The translations under genes were made by a program, and so were the position numbers. Positions 1 through 6,854 of a stretch of DNA of 20,000 nt are shown here, in pieces (within the stretch, counting starts at the first letter, position 1; each line of letters starts with the position of its first letter). This DNA is from an uncultured virus (IMG/VR IMGVR_UViG_3300021092_000028) (taxonomy: Duplodnaviria; Heunggongvirae; Uroviricota; Caudoviricetes). The notes under the pieces are model-generated. The model was given only the letters and a program-made list of their open reading frames with translations. It searched no databases and was not told the origin of the DNA. The stretch lies in IMG/VR virus record IMGVR_UViG_3300021092_000028; one strand, given 5' to 3'.

Positions 1-3000
1 TCATAATTTTCAATGTTTGTGATTGAGATAGTGTCAGTTGTAGTATCAGAAATTGGAGACGCAAGAGTAGTAGTAATTCCTGCATATTTTGTAAACAGTC
101 TTCCAGAACCACTATCATTAGTAAAGTCTATATTACCACCACTTGAACTATATCCTGGGTGATGAATATAAAGAGTTCCTGAAATTGTAGGAGCAAAAGT
201 ATTAATTCCTACATTTAAGGTGAATGATGTTGAAGAACCAACTCTCTTAACTACAAAGTCATCGTTATAGAAACTCTCGGAAGCACCACTTAGACGAACT
301 TTATTATCAACCTTAAGTCCATGGTAATCACTGGTTGTTACAATACCAAGACCTGTTGTTGGATTGTAACTAAATGCAGAGACAACTACTGATCTTCCGG
401 ATAGATATGCAGTTGAATTTGAAGTAACTACAGATCCAATTCCAAGAGTTGTAGCAGCTCCAATGCTTCTAGTAGATTCAACAACAATCTGCTTTGGTTT
501 TCCGATTGGAACATCAGTAATTCTATAGATCTCATTATATCCATCATAAGTTTTCGATCTAATAGCATCAATTACAAGAGTATCTCCAATGTTGTTGTAT
601 ATTTTGGTTACATTTACAACACCAACTGTATGTCCAGTAGTAGTTGCGATACCTACGACAGATAGTGTATTACCAATACCGTAAGCACTGCCGCCGTCCA
701 TAATCTTGACAGCGGTAATATTTCCACTTGCATTAACAGTGACTCTAGCAGTAGCATCAGATCCAGTGACTGAAGCACCAATACTTACGAGTTTTGCATT
801 ATAAAATGTTTGTGCGGATCCATTTCCATATCCAGCACCACTATTAGCAATTCCAACTTGAATAATACGGTTCAAACCGTGGTTATAATCTGTATGAATT
901 GTATGCCCAACACCAGACAAGGAAACAATATCTGTAATACCAATTCCAGAGCGAGAATCTAGAAGAGAAGCATTAAGAGTTTCTTTTGTAATACTGTGCT
1001 GAGGATCATCAATTGCAACTTGACCAATTGGATTTGGAAGTGCAAAAGATACAGATGGTTTTGGATCTGATGTTGGATTATCTCTATTTGTCTGAGGATA
1101 GAAATTCTGAATTGGTTGAGAGAATCTCAGATTAGTAAATGGAGTTACATTTGGACTATTGGATGAATTTAGGACAAACAGATGATAGATACCATCTTGC
1201 TTTCCTGGAATATATTTTTGAACTTCTTGTGATCGGTAGATGTAATAAGTTCCATTATATTTCTTACGTGCAAATCTTGGAAGATCTGCATCACGAGTAG
1301 TAGTATCATTCGTGAAAGTTCCTGGATTTGTTTCCAGTGAATAATTAAACTCTTTTGTACTTGGAACAGAAGTTACAGTATATGTTCCATTATAACCAGT
1401 GGGTGTTACTTTTTCAATCTTAACACGATCACCAACTCTCAGTCCGTGAGGAAGTTCTGATGTTATCGTGGTAATTCCAGAAGTCCAAGTTGCATTTGCA
1501 ACGAATTTTGGATTTCTTAGTTCATTTTCATTTGTAAGAGTTGCTCCAGAAACACTGAAATATGCAGCGTTCTCTGCATCAGTATATCCACTGGAGTTTG
1601 TTGATTCTTGAATTACAAATCCATCAATAGGTGGTCTAGCAGTGGTAATTCCAGATCCTGCTGGAATACAATATCTCAATCTATAAACAGTATCTACTAA
1701 GCCTCTATTATCAGTTCTTCTAGTAATATAAGTTCTTGATGTTGCATCACCAAGATTTGTTGCACCCAATGAACGAATTTGAGAATAGATTCCATTCTCT
1801 GTTGATGCAGCAGATACGTTTAGATACCACTGATTTTGTGTTGTATCATACTGAATTGGGTGGCCAATATCCCCAGATTGTTTATCACTTACTCTACTTA
1901 TAACTGTTAGAGTTCCCCCTGCAGTGTTGAAGGTTAATGTAGTTGGTGAACTATTAATTGCATCGTTCAGAGTTTGTGCTACTTTTATTTGTGTTGATCC
2001 AATTCCAGTTGCACTTGTAACAGCATAATAAATTCTATTACTTTCTAAACCATCTGGTAGTTGTCCTGTATTGCTGATGATACGAATAGATTCGCCAGAA
2101 ATAAATGAGTGGTCTGTTGCAAATCCTAAAGTGTTGTTAGAAATATTACCAACAATTAAGCTCTTTTCTGAAGTTGATGTAGAGAATCCTACACCATTAT
2201 CAGGCATCACAATACGTGATGAGTATTCTGTAGTGACTCCAGATTGAGAAACAAGAACCTTTAGAGTATCCCCATACTTTGCACCAATTCGATATCCTTC
2301 TACAGAACTTTCTGGTGATATATCCTGATTGGTTTCACCATATAAGTACAAACGTGAAGTTGTTGCAGCTCCTGCAGATACTGAAGTAGTTACTCCTACA
2401 TCAATTGCAGTAAATTCAACACTAACTTCCTCAGTTTCAAGTTCCTTAGGTGGAACAATATGAGTTACATATCCAACATCATCTCTTGGGAATACATCTT
2501 TTCTATATCCCGATGCAACAAGTGACTTAGCACCGAAGTTAGAGTTAGAGTTTGTAATGGATTGATCTCCACCACCTTCAGCGACAAAGTGACCTGCAAA
2601 ACCAATTGCAAAGATTGAAACTAACTGAAGAATAGATCCATTCGAACACTTAATATGATAGTTTTCATAATCAGGTTTGTAAAGTGCTGTAGAATCGGTA
2701 TTAATATTTGCGTTTGCAGGAACCTCTGCACCTTGATAGATTCCTGTTGTTGAATTATATTTTACAAATGCGTTTCTATCTTTCTGTAGACCAATACCAG
2801 TAAACTGGGCAACAACCATCGATTTGAAACCTGTTGCATTATTTCCATCTGCGTGAAGACCGCACATACCATAAACAGATCTCAATGAAATATTGAAGAC
2901 GTATGGTGATGCAGAAGAAACTGTATCAACAACTAGATTTACAAGAGCTCCTGCTGTTGATGGTAGAGCAACTTCTGGTGGATTTGATACTTCGTATTGG

Positions 3001-4052
3001 AATTGAGTATCACTAACACGATTACTGACTACAAATTGTCCATTATAACTTGTTGCTCCAGTTGTTGGAACACCTTCAACACGAATTGGAGTGTCAACAT
3101 CAAGACCACCAAGTTCTTCTGTAGTTGTAACAGTAATTGTTGTGGTGGGTGTTACACCATTACCTGCCTTGATGCTACTGATTCCAACTGTTCCTCCAGT
3201 TGCTCCAACAATACGATATTCATCAACTTTTGGTTGAATGTCAATAGCATTTGAAGGATAATCTGGTTGAATTTCTCTTCCAGAAGATGGACCATATACA
3301 AGTCCAATCTTTTCATAATACATATCAAGATCAGTACGATCTGTAGAGTAAGTCTGAAACTCGTCATCAATGTTTACACTATTAATACCATCAGCATACT
3401 CAAAGCAAGTGAGTTTATGGTGCGAAAAGTTAGGAATAAATGTATTAGTAGTGTAGTCCTTATAAATGAAACTATTTGGACTTGCATCAAAAATGGTAAA
3501 TTGCCACAAGTAGCAAGAACCTGTCAATCTAAAAATTGCAGATCTCTCAATATTATCGTTTTCTGGGTTTGGTACGTATTTTGGACGGATCGTGGTTTTT
3601 CTTAGATCCATACCAACGATTGATGTACCACGAGGTAAAATTACACCCCCGTGAATACTATTCATTTTATAGAGAGCATTATTATCAGTTGTTAAATCAA
3701 AGTTTGTACTAAGACCAAATTGAGAAAAATCTGTAGAGGTAGTGCCGTTTCTCAATCTGAAGTTTGTTACGCCACCAGAGACACCATCAGGTATCCAACC
3801 AGGACGGTTATCAATTAAATGCTCTCCAGGATAAACAAGAATAGTTGTTTTTCCAAATCTATCATTATCTAAACCTGCCTGCCACGAAAATCTTGCAGAC
3901 TCAATTAAAGCTCTTTGAATCGTTTTGAACGGTCTTGTTAAAGAATTTCCTTGATTTTCAATACTGTCAGTAGCATCAAGGTCATTTGGATTAACATAAA
4001 GAATATTTCCACGAACATTCTTGATGAAATTATCTAAGCGACTGAGTGGCAT
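1..4052 (-). CDS. Large virion structural / tail-fibre-like protein (N-terminal ~1350 codons; continues past the left edge of the window)
   Basis: Absent from the ORF track because it has no stop in the window. Manual translation from ATG at 4052 gives MPLSRLDNFIKNVRGNILYVNPNDLDATDSIENQGNSLTRPFKTIQRALIESARFSWQAGLDNDRFGKTTILVYPGEHLIDNRPG, and the same frame is open at the left edge (...SPISDTTTDTISITNIENY). The N-terminal YV..GNS..RPFKTIQRAL motif is typical of beta-helix-type cyanophage fibre proteins, and there are several internal HGL-type repeats. A late-promoter-like CTAAATA precedes it. I spot-checked the frame rather than translating every codon. Confidence 0.88.
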   Translation of the reverse strand, partial: MPLSRLDNFIKNVRGNILYVNPNDLDATDSIENQGNSLTRPFKTIQRALIESARFSWQAGLDNDRFGKTTILVYPGEHLIDNRPGWIPDGVSGGVTNFRLRNGTTSTDFSQFGLSTNFDLTTDNNALYKMNSIHGGVILPRGTSIVGMDLRKTTIRPKYVPNPENDNIERSAIFRLTGSCYLWQFTIFDASPNSFIYKDYTTNTFIPNFSHHKLTCFEYADGINSVNIDDEFQTYSTDRTDLDMYYEKIGLVYGPSSGREIQPDYPSNAIDIQPKVDEYRIVGATGGTVGISSIKAGNGVTPTTTITVTTTEELGGLDVDTPIRVEGVPTTGATSYNGQFVVSNRVSDTQFQYEVSNPPEVALPSTAGALVNLVVDTVSSASPYVFNISLRSVYGMCGLHADGNNATGFKSMVVAQFTGIGLQKDRNAFVKYNSTTGIYQGAEVPANANINTDSTALYKPDYENYHIKCSNGSILQLVSIFAIGFAGHFVAEGGGDQSITNSNSNFGAKSLVASGYRKDVFPRDDVGYVTHIVPPKELETEEVSVEFTAIDVGVTTSVSAGAATTSRLYLYGETNQDISPESSVEGYRIGAKYGDTLKVLVSQSGVTTEYSSRIVMPDNGVGFSTSTSEKSLIVGNISNNTLGFATDHSFISGESIRIISNTGQLPDGLESNRIYYAVTSATGIGSTQIKVAQTLNDAINSSPTTLTFNTAGGTLTVISRVSDKQSGDIGHPIQYDTTQNQWYLNVSAASTENGIYSQIRSLGATNLGDATSRTYITRRTDNRGLVDTVYRLRYCIPAGSGITTARPPIDGFVIQESTNSSGYTDAENAAYFSVSGATLTNENELRNPKFVANATWTSGITTITSELPHGLRVGDRVKIEKVTPTGYNGTYTVTSVPSTKEFNYSLETNPGTFTNDTTTRDADLPRFARKKYNGTYYIYRSQEVQKYIPGKQDGIYHLFVLNSSNSPNVTPFTNLRFSQPIQNFYPQTNRDNPTSDPKPSVSFALPNPIGQVAIDDPQHSITKETLNASLLDSRSGIGITDIVSLSGVGHTIHTDYNHGLNRIIQVGIANSGAGYGNGSAQTFYNAKLVSIGASVTGSDATARVTVNASGNITAVKIMDGGSAYGIGNTLSVVGIATTTGHTVGVVNVTKIYNNIGDTLVIDAIRSKTYDGYNEIYRITDVPIGKPKQIVVESTRSIGAATTLGIGSVVTSNSTAYLSGRSVVVSAFSYNPTTGLGIVTTSDYHGLKVDNKVRLSGASESFYNDDFVVKRVGSSTSFTLNVGINTFAPTISGTLYIHHPGYSSSGGNIDFTNDSGSGRLFTKYAGITTTLASPISDTTTDTISITNIENY

Positions 4053-4082
4053 CTTATTCGCACTTTGAGTTCTATTATGATT

Positions 4083-4089
4083 TATTTAG
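4083..4089 (-). promoter_or_regulatory. T4-type late promoter variant (CTAAATA) for the large fibre gene
   Basis: Minus strand reads TCTAAATAAATC about 30 nt upstream of the ATG at 4052, just after a terminator. It matches the TAAATA core of the gp55-dependent TATAAATA late promoter. Confidence 0.65.
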
Positions 4090-4091
4090 AC

Positions 4092-4123
4092 ACAAGAAAA
4101 CCCCCGATTGCTCGGAGGTTTTC
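4092..4123 (-). terminator. Rho-independent terminator
   Basis: Minus strand GAAAACCTCCGA-GCAA-TCGGGGGTTTTC-TTGT forms a 12-bp stem with one U:G pair and a GNRA tetraloop, with a U-rich 3' end. Confidence 0.88.
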
Positions 4124-4157
4124 AAGTTAGCACTTAGGCAATTCCTTCACACGGGCT
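4092..4157 (-). ncRNA. Candidate small RNA (~65 nt)
   Basis: Bounded by a sigma70-like promoter (4163-4192) and an intrinsic terminator (4092-4123), with no meaningful ORF. Predicted 5' sequence AGCCCGUGUGAAGGAAUUGCC. Inference from sequence signals only. Confidence 0.5.
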
Positions 4158-4162
4158 TGTAT

Positions 4163-4192
4163 ATTTTACCACTTTTCCTCTTTCCAAGTCAA
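4163..4192 (-). promoter_or_regulatory. sigma70-like promoter (TTGACT-N18-TAAAAT with extended -10 TG) embedded in the 3' end of the Mom-like gene
   Basis: -35 TTGACT at 4192-4187, TG at 4171-4170 and -10 TAAAAT at 4168-4163, overlapping the stop codon of the upstream CDS. Confidence 0.6.
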
Positions 4193-4774
4193 GCGTTTTT
4201 GTAGTTCTTTATCAAATACCATAAGGTATCTATGCTTTCTACTTCTATCTCTCCATTCACCTTCAGAACCTTTTACTTTTCCACGAGAGTGTTTAGTTCC
4301 GTCTGAATAGTAGAAATCTTTTTTTCTATCCGTGAGACCGTAGTACTTAAAGTTGCAAGCGCGATAAATTGTACCAGAATGGTGATTTGAATCAGCATAA
4401 GAAAGGATTGCTTTAACTTCAGTATCTTTCCGAAGTTGTCTAATCGCTCTTGAAACAAACCAAGAAGTGATGTTATATTCCAAAGACTGGATATCAGGTC
4501 TGATGCAGAGTCTTGAGAGTTCAAAGAGTCCTTGTTGTTCGTTTCTTTCAAGACCAAATGCTCCTTTTGCTATTTCTGGAACTGGGAGACCAGTAAAAAT
4601 GCAGACGCCAACAGACCCACCAATATTAAGGACATCTGTGAATGACTTTCTGTAAAGTGAGTAATTATATCCACTCTTGAAATCTTTTGATTCGTCTTTA
4701 AGATAATGGTAAGTATAAAGAAGTTCTTTGATTTCTTCTTTACTCACTTTATCTAGGTAAAAATCCGATTTCAT
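4166..4774 (-). CDS. Mom-like GNAT-fold DNA (adenine) modification protein
   Basis: 202 aa with motifs HYL, FELSRLCI, SWFVSRAIRQLRK, ILSYADSNHHSGTIYRACNFKYYG and a C-terminal KHRY. This motif series is characteristic of the phage Mu Mom family (ELxRL ... SYAD..GH.G.IY.A.N..Y.G). Confidence 0.75.
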   Translation of the reverse strand: MKSDFYLDKVSKEEIKELLYTYHYLKDESKDFKSGYNYSLYRKSFTDVLNIGGSVGVCIFTGLPVPEIAKGAFGLERNEQQGLFELSRLCIRPDIQSLEYNITSWFVSRAIRQLRKDTEVKAILSYADSNHHSGTIYRACNFKYYGLTDRKKDFYYSDGTKHSRGKVKGSEGEWRDRSRKHRYLMVFDKELQKRLTWKEEKW

Positions 4775-4784
4775 CTAAGTATTT

Positions 4785-4958
4785 TTACTCAGTTTGTTTG
4801 CATTCTAACATATATTCTACAGTGTTTGCAACATCATTCATTGCATCACGAAGAAATGGTTGTTGACCAGATTCTTGCTTAAGGATAGGACGTGAATCAT
4901 CAGTAAGAACCCAACGCCACTGCTTCATATCCTTACAATACCAAAGATTAATTTTCAT
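4785..4958 (-). CDS. Small hypothetical protein (57 aa, MKINLWYCKDMKQWRWVLTDD...)
   Basis: C-terminal part of the track ORF 4785..5069. The start is reassigned to the ATG at 4958 because the upstream region is occupied by a better ORF in another frame whose end overlaps this start. Confidence 0.7.
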   Translation of the reverse strand: MKINLWYCKDMKQWRWVLTDDSRPILKQESGQQPFLRDAMNDVANTVEYMLECKQTE

Positions 4959-5106
4959 TCTTGAAATATTCCAGTCGAATCCAGTTGATAAGTGCGTTGA
5001 CTTCCATTCGGTCTTCTTCGGACCATTCGAGAGCATCTTTAACTCTAGCATAACAGGTAAGTGCATCAATTGCGAGTTGTCTATCTCTTTGTGAAATTAG
5101 TGACAT
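4948..5106 (-). CDS. Small hypothetical protein (52 aa)
   Basis: Not in the ORF track. Manual translation: MSLISQRDRQLAIDALTCYARVKDALEWSEEDRMEVNALINWIRLEYFKNEN*. It fills the gap between tRNA-Thr and the next ORF and has an amphipathic helical pattern. Confidence 0.7.
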   Translation of the reverse strand: MSLISQRDRQLAIDALTCYARVKDALEWSEEDRMEVNALINWIRLEYFKNEN

Positions 5107-5124
5107 TGGAGTTTATAGAACTCA

Positions 5125-5197
5125 AGCCCCCAGACGGAATTGAACCGTCCTCTCCGCTTTACAAGAGCGGTACATCGCCACTTAATGCTTTAGAGGC
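5125..5197 (-). tRNA. trnT: tRNA-Thr(UGU), 73 nt, CCA not encoded
   Basis: GCCTCTA-AA-GCAT-TAAGTGGCG-ATGT-A-CCGCT-CTTGTAA-AGCGG-AGAG-GACGG-TTCAATT-CCGTC-TGGGGGC-T forms a full cloverleaf with anticodon TGT. Confidence 0.93.
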
Positions 5198-5200
5198 AAA

Positions 5201-5470
5201 TTAATCAGCAGGTAACATTTCTGGATTTTCCAGTTCCAACTCATATAAGAGTGGATGACATTCTTCAAGCATTAAGTAGTATGATGCTTGATAAAGGTCT
5301 TCTGGTTCAAAACGTCTTTCGTTATCTGCTAATTTGATTAATTCCAAATCGAATATTGATTCGTCTGGAAGGTCATCAAAAGTAAAAGGAATTGAATTTA
5401 TAAAGTACATCAGAACTATTTGAGTTCCGCGATTATACCAAACGTATCTGGCATCTATTCTGTACTTCAT
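5201..5470 (-). CDS. Hypothetical protein (89 aa, acidic C-terminus)
   Basis: ATG start with an upstream AAGGA RBS and a CTAAATA element. It fits exactly between the two tRNAs. Confidence 0.8.
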   Translation of the reverse strand: MKYRIDARYVWYNRGTQIVLMYFINSIPFTFDDLPDESIFDLELIKLADNERRFEPEDLYQASYYLMLEECHPLLYELELENPEMLPAD

Positions 5471-5492
5471 AGAATAGTTCCTTACTTTTGTT

Positions 5493-5499
5493 TATTTAG
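5493..5499 (-). promoter_or_regulatory. Late-promoter-like CTAAATA upstream of the 89-aa ORF
   Basis: The same TCTAAATAAA 10-mer as at 4081-4090, about 22 nt upstream of the ATG at 5470. Confidence 0.55.
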
Positions 5500-5512
5500 A
5501 GGTAGAACCTCA

Positions 5513-5585
5513 TACCCGTGGGCGGATTCGAACCGCCCCTGGAGGAGTTTTAAGCTCCCTGTCTCTGCCGCTGGACTACACGGGC
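5513..5585 (-). tRNA. trnL: tRNA-Leu(UAA), 73 nt, short variable loop, CCA not encoded
   Basis: GCCCGTG-TA-GTC-CAGCGGCAGA-GAC-A-GGGAG-CTTAAAA-CTCCT-CCAGG-GGCGG-TTCGAAT-CCGCC-CACGGGT-A forms a cloverleaf with anticodon TAA and discriminator A. Confidence 0.92.
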
Positions 5586-5592
5586 AAAAAAC

Positions 5593-5796
5593 TTACACTT
5601 CGTAAGTAGTAGGATTATACTTGATAAACTCCCAGAATGTCAACTTCATTTCTTTTTGTGACATTCCACAGTGCTTTGCTGCTTTAGGGAGATTCCACTT
5701 GGCACAAAAGAGTGCTTCATTTGCCTCTTTTACATTATCTGGAGTGGTTTTGATTGGTTCCTCTTTGAGGTCTTTGTATGAAATCTTATAAGGCAT
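5593..5796 (-). CDS. Small hypothetical protein (67 aa), possible HTH-like segment (NLPKAAKHCGMSQKEMK)
   Basis: Track ORF with an ATG start, co-directional with its neighbours. The AA..CGMS pattern resembles a helix-turn-helix. Confidence 0.75.
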   Translation of the reverse strand: MPYKISYKDLKEEPIKTTPDNVKEANEALFCAKWNLPKAAKHCGMSQKEMKLTFWEFIKYNPTTYEV

Positions 5797-5857
5797 ACTT
5801 AAAAAAATCTAATAGAGCAATTTTTTGCCGGAAAAATTTTTGGACCTAAAATGGAAC

Positions 5858-6040
5858 TTAAAGTTGATTTGCGTATGACAGAGAATCTTCATTGACTTGT
5901 GAACGAACCACATCAAGAACGTTTATAAACTGATCTACAGTTTCACAAGTTACAACCTTTTCATTACCAAGACTTGAGTAAAGGTTAAAGGTACGCTTAC
6001 TGGTATCAACCACGCACCGAGTCAAATACTCATCATTCAT
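5858..6040 (-). CDS. Small hypothetical protein (60 aa, MNDEYLTRCVVD...)
   Basis: Track ORF 5858..6064. The start is moved to the ATG at 6040 because the GTG at 6064 lies upstream of the transcription start predicted from the adjacent promoter. Confidence 0.78.
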   Translation of the reverse strand: MNDEYLTRCVVDTSKRTFNLYSSLGNEKVVTCETVDQFINVLDVVRSQVNEDSLSYANQL

Positions 6041-6066
6041 TTGGGGTGTCTCTTGATTACCCACTT

Positions 6067-6095
6067 ATTATAGGGGAAGACCCTAGGGGTGTCAA
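6067..6095 (-). promoter_or_regulatory. Perfect consensus sigma70 (early) promoter TTGACA-N17-TATAAT
   Basis: Minus strand TTGACA (6095-6090) CCCCTAGGGTCTTCCCC TATAAT (6072-6067). The -35 box overlaps the TGA stop of the upstream gene. Confidence 0.9.
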
Positions 6096-6844
6096 GGGCT
6101 AGTCTGAGTGTTGATTCTATCTGCGAACTGTTCACCATTGTATTGTGGGTCTGGATAATCCTTCCAACTGTCCCCACGATACTCAACCACAAGAGCATTT
6201 ACATCCTTTCTTTCAGCATAAACGTGATAAAAACAATCAATTGGCATTCCTCCATTTGATTGAAGATATATTTTACTATCATCCCATCTTTTTATAATCA
6301 CATCTTGATGGGATCCAATTGGTTGAAGTTGAACACTAATGCTTTCGATGTGTACTAAGTCTTTCCAATACCAAGGCAAATCAATCTCGGTTTTATTTCT
6401 TACTCTACCTCTAAAATATACTCCAACTTCTGGACCCTCAATACACGCATAACGAAGCCTATGTCCTTCACCATTTGACGGGTGAACCATATCAAAAGGT
6501 TTTGGTCTTGAGTCTGCTACATTAAATCTCTCGGATAAATCACCAATGTTTGGATGGTTAAAAAATGCATTACCAGAGACATATAGAGGATATTCTCTTC
6601 CTCTAGGTCCTTTAATATAAACAGCATGTGGTGCAGAACCACAATCATCATTTTCCAAAGGACCAACCATTAAGGTTGCTTCAATACTTGAATAAGAACC
6701 ATCATTACCAATCTGAACTGGTCCTTGAAGATATGCAGCACCATCTACCCTCTGCTCACCTCTACCAAGAGCTTCTGGTTTTGATGTTGTGTTTGTAACA
6801 AATAATTGACCATGAATTAATTCAACATCACTTGATGATGACAT
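6092..6844 (-). CDS. Tail/spike-associated protein with the KPFDMVHP...LRYACIEGPE.GVY.RG domain
   Basis: 250 aa with a GGAG RBS. The C-terminal domain (F.I.HP...L...EGPE.GVY.RG...I.LP.YW..LV....I.VQL.PIG) is one I recognise from the C-termini of phage tail-fibre proteins. Confidence 0.7.
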   Translation of the reverse strand: MSSSSDVELIHGQLFVTNTTSKPEALGRGEQRVDGAAYLQGPVQIGNDGSYSSIEATLMVGPLENDDCGSAPHAVYIKGPRGREYPLYVSGNAFFNHPNIGDLSERFNVADSRPKPFDMVHPSNGEGHRLRYACIEGPEVGVYFRGRVRNKTEIDLPWYWKDLVHIESISVQLQPIGSHQDVIIKRWDDSKIYLQSNGGMPIDCFYHVYAERKDVNALVVEYRGDSWKDYPDPQYNGEQFADRINTQTSP

Positions 6845-6854
6845 AAATTACTCC

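Noticed and set aside
2997..3605. Track ORFs 2997..3254(+), 3152..3370(-), 3267..3605(+)
   Set aside because: They lie within the large minus-strand fibre gene, as antisense or off-frame shadows with implausible composition.
4149..4156. GCCCGTGT shared by the 5' ends of the candidate sRNA and tRNA-Leu (5578-5585), considered as an att site or tRNA remnant
   Set aside because: It is only 8 nt, matches the 5' rather than the 3' end of the tRNA, forms no cloverleaf, and no integrase is present. It is probably chance, though worth rechecking if the sRNA is confirmed.
4273..4655. Track ORFs 4273..4557(-) and 4467..4655(+)
   Set aside because: They are nested in the Mom-like CDS and have no RBS or recognisable motifs.
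4779..4788. GTAAAAATAC upstream of the Mom-like gene as a late promoter
   Set aside because: It lacks the contiguous TAAATA core and is too close to the start codon.
4959..5069. N-terminal extension of the 94-aa track ORF 4785..5069
   Set aside because: It overlaps the better-supported 52-aa ORF 4948..5106, so the ATG at 4958 is the more plausible start.
5420..5605. Plus-strand 61-aa ORF
   Set aside because: It is the antisense of tRNA-Leu and flanking genes.
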